Shown in pieces: positions 53,710 through 61,422 of a DNA stretch of 64,000 nt. Both the position numbers and the translations under genes were made by a program. Source of the DNA: Synechococcaceae cyanobacterium (GTDB lineage: Bacteria; Cyanobacteriota; Cyanobacteriia; PCC-6307; Cyanobiaceae); contig JBKDDA010000052.1 in NCBI GenBank assembly GCA_046313055.1, forward strand, positions 4,175 to 68,174, in the 5' to 3' direction. Below the pieces are notes generated by a model, which had not been told where the DNA came from, made no database searches, and saw nothing but the letters and a program-made list of their open reading frames with translations. Position 1 is the stretch's first letter. Each line of letters opens with the position of its first letter.

Positions 53710-53884
53710 CTGCCGATCCCGATCCTGCAGATAGGCGAAAGCCCTTGCGGGACAACGGTTTCAGGGGCCATTTCAATTGCTGATCCATGCCTGGGGCTTG
53801 TCTGTCGTGGACCCATGCGCTATGGTCTGCGCGGCCCGAAGATGTTGGCTTCTCTAACGGGTCTTGTCCAATGGGTGAAAACGC

Positions 53885-54739
53885 ATGAAGCCTCTCAAAC
53901 TCATTCTTCCCGCTCTACTGAGCACTCCAGCAGTCATTCCACTGGTTTCAGCTGTAGCAGGAAACACCAGGAGCGACCAACTCATTCAATCTGAAATCAG
54001 ATCAGCCCCTTCAGATTTTTCGTCTTCTTCGTCGCAAGAGTCCACTCCAACCGATACCACTATTGCCCTCCAGCCACCGCCTGCGGTGCAGGATTCCGGT
54101 GTGGTCCGCATGGGTGACACGCTCATGGAGATTGCCAGGCGGTACAACATCACCCTTCAGGATCTGCTGCGCCTCAACCCAGGCCTCGAGACAGCCCGAC
54201 TGGTTGCCGGTACCCAGGTCCGCCTTGCCCAGTCGTCGCCTGGTCGATCCAGGATGCTGCTGGGCCTCAAGCCGGTCGGCAGTGGCGGTCTCAGCTGGCC
54301 CGACACCCCTTCCTACGGACCCGCTCCCCTGAAACCGTTCCAGGATCCGGGCTCGTCAAGGGCCTGGATCTGGCCCACCCGGGGTGTCTTCACTTCGGGT
54401 TATGGCTGGCGCTGGGGTCGCATGCACAAAGGGATCGACATCGCCAGCAACGTCGGCACCCCCATTGTGGCTGCCCAGGCTGGCCAGGTCACGTTTGCCG
54501 GATGGCACGACGGCGGCTATGGCTACCTCGTGGAGCTGACCCATGCCGACGGCAGCCGCTCCCTCTATGCCCACAACAGCCGCATTCTCGTGCGTGAAGG
54601 TGATCGGGTGCAGCAGGGCAGCACCATCTCCCTGATGGGCAGCACGGGCCGCAGCACGGGTCCCCACCTGCACTTCGAGATCCATCCCGCCGGTCGCGGT
54701 GCAGCCAACCCTATGGTGTTTCTGCCACCCCGGGCCTGA
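53885..54739 (+). CDS. LysM-domain M23 family peptidoglycan endopeptidase
   Basis: Has a signal peptide, a LysM domain (VRMGDTLMEIARRYNITLQDLLRLNP) and M23 motifs HKGIDIA and GSTGRSTGPHLHFEI. Confidence 0.9.
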   Translation: MKPLKLILPALLSTPAVIPLVSAVAGNTRSDQLIQSEIRSAPSDFSSSSSQESTPTDTTIALQPPPAVQDSGVVRMGDTLMEIARRYNITLQDLLRLNPGLETARLVAGTQVRLAQSSPGRSRMLLGLKPVGSGGLSWPDTPSYGPAPLKPFQDPGSSRAWIWPTRGVFTSGYGWRWGRMHKGIDIASNVGTPIVAAQAGQVTFAGWHDGGYGYLVELTHADGSRSLYAHNSRILVREGDRVQQGSTISLMGSTGRSTGPHLHFEIHPAGRGAANPMVFLPPRA

Positions 54740-54782
54740 ACACGCTGAGGGGTGCGCCCCGATCATTTACAATCCTGGTCCC

Positions 54783-54856
54783 GGCTCGGTAGCTCAGCTG
54801 GTTAGAGCGTGGGATTCATAACCCCAAGGTCGGGAGTTCAAGTCTCCCCCGAGCCA
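54783..54856 (+). tRNA. tRNA with anticodon CAU: elongator tRNA-Met, or tRNA-Ile2 if lysidine-modified
   Basis: A 74-nt cloverleaf folded by hand. The acceptor stem is GGCTCGG/CCGAGCC, the D arm is GCTC...GAGC, the anticodon loop is TTCATAA (CAT at 54817-54819) and the T arm is GGGAG-TTCAAGT-CTCCC with discriminator A. The G1:C72 pair argues against an initiator. There is an A31/C39 mismatch, and CCA is not encoded. Confidence 0.93.
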
Positions 54857-54868
54857 TTGTCTGCCCTG

Positions 54869-54891
54869 CCCCTGCCACCAGGGGTTTTTTT
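54869..54891 (+). terminator. Intrinsic terminator downstream of the tRNA
   Basis: CCCCTG-CCAC-CAGGGG followed by TTTTTTT. Confidence 0.8.
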
Positions 54892-54978
54892 GTCGGTGTC
54901 ACCAACCGTCGCAGGCCCAGCCATCGGCCCGGCCGCCACCCCTGGCCACACTGACTGGTCCTGCCTGGGAATCCGTCC

Positions 54979-55554
54979 ATGCTGTTGCCCCAACCCGGTC
55001 CCGATCGAACCATCCGCCGCGTGGTGCAGCGCTGGGGATTCACCTGGAACGGCTGGCGAACCAACAGCCATGGCGAATGGTGGCTGCTGGCACAGCTGCT
55101 GTTGATCCTGGCCCATGGCTTGCCAGCCCTGCCCGCTCCCGCCCTCCTCGGGGTGCACTGGCCTCTCGGCCTGCGGTTGCTCGGCGCTGGCATGCTGATG
55201 TTCGGTCTGGTGCAGGCAGGTCGCTCAGCCCTGGCTCTTGGACCCAGCCTCACTCCCCTGCCCCAACCGCTGCCGGATACCCCGCTGGTGTCCGATGGGC
55301 CCTACCGGCACTGCCGCCATCCCCTCTATCAGGCCGTGCTGCTTTGCTCCCTGGGGGTGGTGCTGTTGCAGGGGAGCCTGTTGCATCTGGCACTCATGCT
55401 GGCCCTGGCCGCCGTGCTGGCCCGCAAGGCCCATCTCGAGGAGCGGCACCTCAGCCGCCTCCATCCGGATTACGACGCCTACCGGCGGCAGTCCTGCGCC
55501 ATTGTTCCCGGACTGCCTGGCCTGGACTGGCGGGACAGGGGGTGGCACTGGTGA
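54979..55554 (+). CDS. Isoprenylcysteine carboxyl methyltransferase (ICMT/PEMT-like) family membrane protein
   Basis: Has several TM helices and the family signature LVSDGPYRHCRHPLYQAVLL. Confidence 0.75.
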   Translation: MLLPQPGPDRTIRRVVQRWGFTWNGWRTNSHGEWWLLAQLLLILAHGLPALPAPALLGVHWPLGLRLLGAGMLMFGLVQAGRSALALGPSLTPLPQPLPDTPLVSDGPYRHCRHPLYQAVLLCSLGVVLLQGSLLHLALMLALAAVLARKAHLEERHLSRLHPDYDAYRRQSCAIVPGLPGLDWRDRGWHW

Positions 55555-55599
55555 AGCGGAGCGGACGCCGCGGTCAGTTGGCGGTGTCCCCAGCTGACC

Positions 55600-56595
55600 A
55601 TGTCTTCTGCACGGATCACCAGCGACCAGCGGCTTGTGGACTCACTGATGGCCGCCATGGCCACCGGTATCTCGCCGTGGCGCCGCCCATGGGACAGCGA
55701 TGGCCTCGGGCATCATGTCAACCTGATTTCGGGTCGCCGCTACCGGGGTGCGAATCCGATCCTGCTGAGCCTCGGCTTGCACCAGAGGCAATCCAACCTG
55801 CCGTTCTGGTGTGGCTTCGGGGAGGCACGGGCTGCTGGTCTGTCGCCGCGCCGGGGTTCCAGGGCGGTGGTGGTTCTGAGGCCGCAGGTGCAGCGCCGTC
55901 AACACCAGCCCTCGCCACCACCGCATCCAACCAGCGATGAACCCGTGGCGACGGGGCCTGCGGCCGTCCATAGCGAAGACTGTTGGGTGCGGTACAGGCC
56001 CCTGCCTGTTTTCAATGCCGCAGATCTTGTGGGCGAGTCGATCGGCCGCCTGATTGAACAGCGCCGCCACAGCAACCGCCAGCAGCAACGGCCGGAACCG
56101 GAGCGCCTGGCCACTGCTGAGTCGGTGCTCAGGCGCTGGCCTGTGCCGGTGTGCCACGGCGGTGATCGGGCCGCCTATCAACCCGCGAATGATCGGATCC
56201 TGCTGCCGGATCTGTCAGCCTTCCACACGTCTGCTGCCTACTACGCCACCTGGGCCCACGAAGCGATCCACTCCACCGGTCATCCCTGCCGCCTGAATCG
56301 GGATCTCTCCGGCCGGCTGGAGGGCACCACGGAGGAATGCCGGGCCTATGCCCGCGAGGAGCTGGTGGCAGAACTGGGCGCCGTTCTGCTGGGTGATCGG
56401 CTGGAAATCGGGTCGGATGTCAACCACCATGCCGCCTACCTCGACCACTGGATTCGCTTGCTTTCAGAGTCTCCGACCGTGCTCTACCGGGTGCTCAGTG
56501 ATGCCCGCCGGGCTGCTGATGGGATCGCTGCGGAACAGACGGAGCAGCCATTGGAGGAAGCCCCGGTTCTGCAACCGATGGCCCGTCAGTCCTGA
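55600..56595 (+). CDS. ArdC-like protein (N-terminal ssDNA-binding domain plus C-terminal zincin-like metallopeptidase domain)
   Basis: The N-terminus GISPWRRPW...NLISGRRYRGANPILL...FWCGFGEARAAG fits the DUF1738/ArdC-N pattern. The C-terminus HEAIHSTGH...YAREELVAELGAVLL...HAAYLDHWIRLL fits the ArdC metalloprotease domain. Confidence 0.8.
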   Translation: MSSARITSDQRLVDSLMAAMATGISPWRRPWDSDGLGHHVNLISGRRYRGANPILLSLGLHQRQSNLPFWCGFGEARAAGLSPRRGSRAVVVLRPQVQRRQHQPSPPPHPTSDEPVATGPAAVHSEDCWVRYRPLPVFNAADLVGESIGRLIEQRRHSNRQQQRPEPERLATAESVLRRWPVPVCHGGDRAAYQPANDRILLPDLSAFHTSAAYYATWAHEAIHSTGHPCRLNRDLSGRLEGTTEECRAYAREELVAELGAVLLGDRLEIGSDVNHHAAYLDHWIRLLSESPTVLYRVLSDARRAADGIAAEQTEQPLEEAPVLQPMARQS

Positions 56596-56667
56596 GGAGC
56601 AACAATCGGACTGCAATCCAACCTGGTCAGGATCCCATCTGTCTGCCTGGTCCAACCATCCAGGGCA

Positions 56668-56748
56668 TCAGGCCTTCTCCAGCCGCTTCACGATCACCAC
56701 CATCAGCACCAGGGAGGCGGCCAGGGCCAACAGCAGCGCGGTTGTCAT
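56668..56748 (-). CDS. Candidate 26-aa single-TM peptide (not in the supplied ORF track)
   Basis: Hand translation gives MTTALLLALAASLVLMVVIVKRLEKA*, with G or C at nearly every third position. No clear Shine-Dalgarno sequence and no recognised family. Confidence 0.25.
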   Translation of the reverse strand: MTTALLLALAASLVLMVVIVKRLEKA

Positions 56749-56795
56749 CAGAATCCAGAAACCTGTTCCACCATGGTGGCAGAGGCTCTGCCGGG

Positions 56796-57242
56796 GTGAC
56801 CGAATCACTGGTGTTCGTTTACGGCACCCTGCAACGGGGTCAGATCAACCATCGGCGCATGGGTGGCGCCCGCTTCTGCGGCAATGCCACCATGCCAGGG
56901 ATCGTGATTCACGACCTGGGACCCTTTCCGATGGCTGTTGAGCGGGCGGGGCTGGTTCACGGAGAGGTCTATGCCGTCGATGGCGTGCTCCTGGAAACCC
57001 TTGATCGCTTTGAAGGGGTGCCCCGTCTGTACCAAAGGGAGTGGCGCCCCCTGAGTGACGGCCGGCTGGTGTGGGTGTACCTGGGCCGCGACAGACAGGT
57101 GCGGCATGCGCCGCTGCTGACCGAAGGGCGCTGGCCCGGGATGGCGCCGGCACCGGATGGCGCAGACCCGAGCCGGCGCCGGATCTCAGGCAAACCCACC
57201 CGGCCGGCGCCGAACGCTGGACAGGGAGACGTTGGTGGCTGA
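56796..57242 (+). CDS. Gamma-glutamylcyclotransferase-like (AIG2/GGACT fold) protein
   Basis: LVFVYGTLQRGQINHRRM...GEVYAVD...LDRFEGVP..YQRE is the AIG2-like signature. The likely start is GTG at 56796. Confidence 0.75.
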   Translation: MTESLVFVYGTLQRGQINHRRMGGARFCGNATMPGIVIHDLGPFPMAVERAGLVHGEVYAVDGVLLETLDRFEGVPRLYQREWRPLSDGRLVWVYLGRDRQVRHAPLLTEGRWPGMAPAPDGADPSRRRISGKPTRPAPNAGQGDVGG

Positions 57243-57893
57243 CCCCGTGCTGCGGCCGGGCGGCTGGGCTTCCATCACCGGCTGGGGCATCGCCAGCACG
57301 TTGAAGGCGAGGGACCATCGCTCCCCATCGCCCCGGAACGGCAGCACCGAGTGGGGTTGCCAGGCTGGGAAGACCACGAACAGACCCGGTTCCGGCATCA
57401 CGTAGTGGGCCATGCCGGTGCGAAAACTCTGCAGGTGATACTCCTCCGGGCCGTGCAGACACAGGTGACCATCGGCGCTGTCCGCATGCACCTGGGGGGG
57501 GACCTGCAGGTAGATCACGCCTGAGAAACTGGCCCCATGGGTGTGGGTGGGGTTGTAATCCCCCTGCCGCTGCACATTCAGCCAGAGGTCATACATCTGC
57601 AGGTGATAACCACCTGCGCGCCAGGGTCCGCGGGTGCCCTCCGGCTGCCGGTCCATCACGTACCTCAGCCAGCGATCGCATGCCGGCAGGATCACCTGCT
57701 CACAGAGTTCCGCAGCGGCAGGTTCCCCTGGGCCGATCTCCAGCTGAAGGGCCAGCTGACCGGCCAGCTTGGGGGCGGCATCGCCATAGCGATCGGGCGT
57801 GGCCACCATCGTCTGCGCCAGGTCTCGCAGCCGCTCCAACAGGTCAGCAGCCAGCCGCCCCTGAAGCACATACCGGGGAAACAGGCTCAGCAT
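57186..57893 (-). CDS. TIGR02466-like putative 2OG-Fe(II) oxygenase
   Basis: LNVQRQGDYNPTHTHGASFSGVIYLQVP...FPAWQPHSV has the H-x-[H/D]...H double-stranded beta-helix pattern of the TIGR02466 family, which is also common in cyanophages. The start is ATG at 57893 or 57947. Confidence 0.65.
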   Translation of the reverse strand: MLSLFPRYVLQGRLAADLLERLRDLAQTMVATPDRYGDAAPKLAGQLALQLEIGPGEPAAAELCEQVILPACDRWLRYVMDRQPEGTRGPWRAGGYHLQMYDLWLNVQRQGDYNPTHTHGASFSGVIYLQVPPQVHADSADGHLCLHGPEEYHLQSFRTGMAHYVMPEPGLFVVFPAWQPHSVLPFRGDGERWSLAFNVLAMPQPVMEAQPPGRSTGSATNVSLSSVRRRPGGFA

Positions 57894-58024
57894 CTCCGTG
57901 TCCTGGGATCCGCCCGCCTGGGCTGGGTGCGATCCGCTGGTCTCCATAGCCTCCCTCCTGGGCAGCGCCGAATGGCCATTCCACCATCGCCGGTCAGGCT
58001 GCCAGGTTCACCCGCGCGTCAGCA

Positions 58025-60295
58025 TCAGGCCGGCATGGCCACAAGCCAGCGGCCTGCGGCCGTGAGCGCGAGCACCGCCAGCAGCCAGGCCAGCTGCCGG
58101 CCCCGTTGCGGCTGCAGCAGACGACGCAGAATCACCAGCGAGCCGGCTGCACCGATGGTCATCACCACGCTCTGACAGAACGCGACCACATGGCTGTCGG
58201 CACGCCACGCCGGCAGGCGCCGGGCAAGTTCCGGCCACGAAGCGGCGCTGACCGGCAGCAGCCGGCCGGCCTCCATCAGCCCCATGGGCAGATGGCGGGC
58301 CAGCAGCAGGGCCCAGATCAGCGGCAACAGTCCGTAGGCGACCAGCCAGGAATGGCCGGGGCGGCGACCCATGCGGCTGGAACCAAGCCGCAGCAGCAAC
58401 CACAGGCCGGCCGGCAGGGCGAGGGCCAGGCTGGCAAAGGCCAGACGGGGCAGAAGCGGACCCATCTGCAGACTGGCCGGCGCCAGGGGGGACCAGCCCA
58501 GCAGCCGCTGCCAGTGGTGCAGGCAGACACCACCGGTCAGCACCAGCAGCAGTCCCAGTTCGCCAGCCGGTGGCTGCATGTCGCGCTGGAGATCGGCGGC
58601 CGGTGGCCGCAGGCGCAGCTGCACGGAGCGGTGCGGGCAGGCGGCCGCACAGGTGAGACACAACACGCAGTTGCGATTGTCAGCCAGGTGGGCCGGGTGG
58701 GTGCCCAGGGGACAGCCTGCCGTGGTCAGGCCTTCGCCGATCGGGCCGCTGCCCTTGAAGCAGCCGTAGCTGCTGCAGCTGCCGCTGCAGGTGCCCACCT
58801 CGGCCCTCAGCTCACTGATGGCCAGCCGGGCGAACAGGCCATTCATGCCTCCCACCGGACACAGATACCGGCACCAGAACCGTTTCTCGAACAGCAGGGA
58901 ACAGACCACGGCGCCGGCGGTGATCGCGAGCAACAGGCAGCTGCTCAGCCAGGCGGTGTTCTCGAGGTTCCAGACCTCCTCCCACACCAGGATCAGGGCA
59001 AAGCCTGCGGCCAGCAGCGGGGCGGCCCAGCGGTCGTGCTCGCCCCGCGGCCAGCGCCGGGGCCTGATGCCCACGACCCTGGCGCACCTCTGAACGATCT
59101 CACCCCACACCATGAACGGGCAGATGCTGCACCACAGCCGACCCACCAGGGGATGGAGCAGCAGGATCAGGGGCCACCACCAACTCCAGAACAGCAGCAG
59201 GGCCCCATTGGCGGACCGCTGCTGGGGTCCGATCCAGAGCCAGAGATTGACGGCCACGAACAGCCAGCTCACCAGCCCGAACAGCAGGCCGTTCCACAGG
59301 CGGGGTGAACGCATGGTGGTGCGCAGCCATGGTTTCCATCGCCAGAGATCGAATCTCGGCCGCACACCAGGTCGGCGCGCCGTCCAGAACACATCCTCAG
59401 CCAGCCCGGCCGGATGGCTGGCGGCACTCTGGATCATCGCCCGTTCCACCACATCCGAAAGTTCCCGCAGATTGCCGGGAAAGTCATGGATCTGAAGCGT
59501 CCTGATCACCGCCTCAGGCACCTGGGGCGGATGCTGCCAACCCAGCCCAGCGGCCCGCTGCCGCACCCCGTAGCGCACCCATTCCCCCAGGTCCTGGCGT
59601 CTCACCCGCAGTGGCGGCACCCTGATCAGGGTCACCTGACCCTCCAGATCCCGCTGGCTGGACTCGGCGGTCAGAAACACCCTGCCTGTGAAGTGCAGCA
59701 CCTCACCCCCATGCCGCCGCTGCCAGCGACCGCTGCGGATCAGATCAAGCAGCAGGGGTCGCAGGTCCTGCGGGGCCCGGTCGATCTGATCGATCAACAG
59801 GCCACCACCCGCCAGGCAGTCGAGCAGACTGAGCCCCTCGGCACCGCCATCAAACAGGTCGCCACCGTCGGCCGGCAATTCGGAGGCATCCACCCGAGCC
59901 AGCAGCCGCTGGCGAGCGCCGGAACCGAAGTGAATCAGGGCGGCCAGATTGTCCTTCTCCAGACCCTGCTCGCCGCTGATCAACACGGGGCCGGCCGCCG
60001 GATCCGCTGCCGCCCGACGGATCGACTCCCGCAGGGCCACCGCATAGCGGCTGCTGCCAACCACCCCACGGCGGGGTCGCCCCAGCAGGCACGGAGCCAG
60101 TCGGATGAGGCAGGCGGTGCTCAGCGCGGTGGCCTCGCCGGCGTTGGCGGGCTGGGGCCCTGACCTGTCCTCCGCCATCGGTTCAGCACCACTCGCCTGA
60201 TTCTCAACGGCGCCGATCCCAGGCACCGATCCCGCAACCGATGATGGCCCCCCAGACGCTGCCGTTCCAATCCACTCTTCGATGGACAGTCCCAC
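58025..60295 (-). CDS. Fusion protein: degenerate sigma54-interaction-type AAA+ domain plus a NapH/NosR-like polyferredoxin integral membrane domain
   Basis: The N-terminal half carries VLISGEQGLEKDN (Walker A-like), GLLIDQID (Walker B-like with Q in place of the catalytic E), RVPPLRVRRQDL and DFPGNLRELSDVVERA (sensor II). No GAFTGA loop is present. The C-terminal half has multiple TM helices, CSICP and CRYLCPVGG (CxxxCP) motifs, and CVLCLTCAAACP (4Fe-4S). An alternative start lies at 60178. Confidence 0.8.
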   Translation of the reverse strand: MGLSIEEWIGTAASGGPSSVAGSVPGIGAVENQASGAEPMAEDRSGPQPANAGEATALSTACLIRLAPCLLGRPRRGVVGSSRYAVALRESIRRAAADPAAGPVLISGEQGLEKDNLAALIHFGSGARQRLLARVDASELPADGGDLFDGGAEGLSLLDCLAGGGLLIDQIDRAPQDLRPLLLDLIRSGRWQRRHGGEVLHFTGRVFLTAESSQRDLEGQVTLIRVPPLRVRRQDLGEWVRYGVRQRAAGLGWQHPPQVPEAVIRTLQIHDFPGNLRELSDVVERAMIQSAASHPAGLAEDVFWTARRPGVRPRFDLWRWKPWLRTTMRSPRLWNGLLFGLVSWLFVAVNLWLWIGPQQRSANGALLLFWSWWWPLILLLHPLVGRLWCSICPFMVWGEIVQRCARVVGIRPRRWPRGEHDRWAAPLLAAGFALILVWEEVWNLENTAWLSSCLLLAITAGAVVCSLLFEKRFWCRYLCPVGGMNGLFARLAISELRAEVGTCSGSCSSYGCFKGSGPIGEGLTTAGCPLGTHPAHLADNRNCVLCLTCAAACPHRSVQLRLRPPAADLQRDMQPPAGELGLLLVLTGGVCLHHWQRLLGWSPLAPASLQMGPLLPRLAFASLALALPAGLWLLLRLGSSRMGRRPGHSWLVAYGLLPLIWALLLARHLPMGLMEAGRLLPVSAASWPELARRLPAWRADSHVVAFCQSVVMTIGAAGSLVILRRLLQPQRGRQLAWLLAVLALTAAGRWLVAMPA

Positions 60296-60986
60296 GGACC
60301 GTGTCCGGTTCCTCTGGCGGGACCACCCACTGGAGCTGTTGGCCAGCCGGACCGTCTGGGATCCGGGTCAACGCCTGCTGCTGCTGGCGGATCTCCACCT
60401 CGGCAAGGCGGAGACCCTGCAGGCGATGGGCATCGCCCTGCCCTCCGATGGGGATGCCGGAACCCTGAACCGTCTGTTGCAGGTGGCCCATGTCCTGCGC
60501 CCCGAACGCGTGGTGGTGCTGGGGGATCTGATCCACGGCCGGATGGGACTCACCGTGCCCCTTCGCCAGAAACTGACAGCCCTGCCCCAACTGCTCGGCT
60601 GTCGCCTGCAGCTGATCGCCGGCAACCACGATCGCGGCGGTTGGTTGGAGGGCCTCAGCCAGGAGCCGCCCCAGGCTGCTGGACCCCTCTGGCTCAGCCA
60701 CGAGCCCATGCCCCGATCCGACCACCTCAACCTCTGCGGCCATCTCCATCCGGTGGCCGTCGTGGGTCGGGGCACGGATCGCCTGCGCCTGCCCTGCTTT
60801 GCCTACGACCGGAGCTGCCAGCAGCTGCAGCTGCCGTCCTTCGGGCTTCTCACGGGTGGTCATCCGTGCAGCGAGGGGCACCAGCGCTGGATCGTGGTGG
60901 ATGACCAGGTGGTTCCCTGGCCCCAGGCAGGTGGCCGGGCGGTCAGCCCTGGGCCGCCAGGGCCCGCACCACATCGCCCCGGGTGA
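60282..60986 (+). CDS. PdeM-like metallophosphoesterase (ligase-associated DNA damage response family)
   Basis: Contains LLLADLHLGKAETLQAMGIALP...VVVLGDLIHG...IAGNHD...LCGHLHP, the calcineurin-like motifs in the PdeM arrangement. Confidence 0.75.
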   Translation: MDSPTDRVRFLWRDHPLELLASRTVWDPGQRLLLLADLHLGKAETLQAMGIALPSDGDAGTLNRLLQVAHVLRPERVVVLGDLIHGRMGLTVPLRQKLTALPQLLGCRLQLIAGNHDRGGWLEGLSQEPPQAAGPLWLSHEPMPRSDHLNLCGHLHPVAVVGRGTDRLRLPCFAYDRSCQQLQLPSFGLLTGGHPCSEGHQRWIVVDDQVVPWPQAGGRAVSPGPPGPAPHRPG

Positions 60987-61422
60987 GCACACCCACGGGA
61001 CGGTGATCACCATCGAGCACGAACAGACGCTGCACCCGGTTCTCATGCAGCGAACGGGCCGCTTCAGGCAGGCTGGTGTCGGCGGAACAGGTGTGGGGTC
61101 GGCCGCTCATCACATCGGCCACCCGGTTCCCCAGCACCTGATGCACCTGCCGATCCCACTGCAGCGGATTGCGCAGATAGATCACCGCATCAAGAAGCAT
61201 CACGTAGGGCCCGGCATCGAAACCGCTCTCGCGCACCATCAGATTCTGTTCGGTCAGTTCGCCGACCAGCGTCCCCTGGCCATCCACCACCGCCAGTCCG
61301 CTCACGTGGTGATCGCTCATGAGCTGGACCGCATCCTGCAGGGCACTGTCGGTAACGACACTCAGCACGGGGCTGGTCATCACCGCGGAGACAGGCGTTT
61401 CAACCACGGGGTCAGGGAGCAC
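60943..61422 (-). CDS. CBS-pair domain protein
   Basis: 159 aa with two CBS repeats (VMTSPVLSVVTDSALQDAVQLMSDHHVSGLAVVD and DVMSGRPHTCSADTSLPEAARSLHENRVQRLFVLD). Confidence 0.8.
   Translation of the reverse strand: MLPDPVVETPVSAVMTSPVLSVVTDSALQDAVQLMSDHHVSGLAVVDGQGTLVGELTEQNLMVRESGFDAGPYVMLLDAVIYLRNPLQWDRQVHQVLGNRVADVMSGRPHTCSADTSLPEAARSLHENRVQRLFVLDGDHRPVGVLTRGDVVRALAAQG

Noticed and set aside
54857-58024. Looked for an integrase gene and a direct repeat of the tRNA 3' end marking an island boundary
   Set aside because: None was found by eye. The islet interpretation therefore remains an inference and is reported as such, not as a mobile_element feature.
58106-60163. 400-aa and 249-aa plus-strand ORFs opposite the AAA+/polyferredoxin gene
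   Set aside because: They are antisense artefacts. The minus-strand frame carries AAA+ and Fe-S motifs across its whole length.
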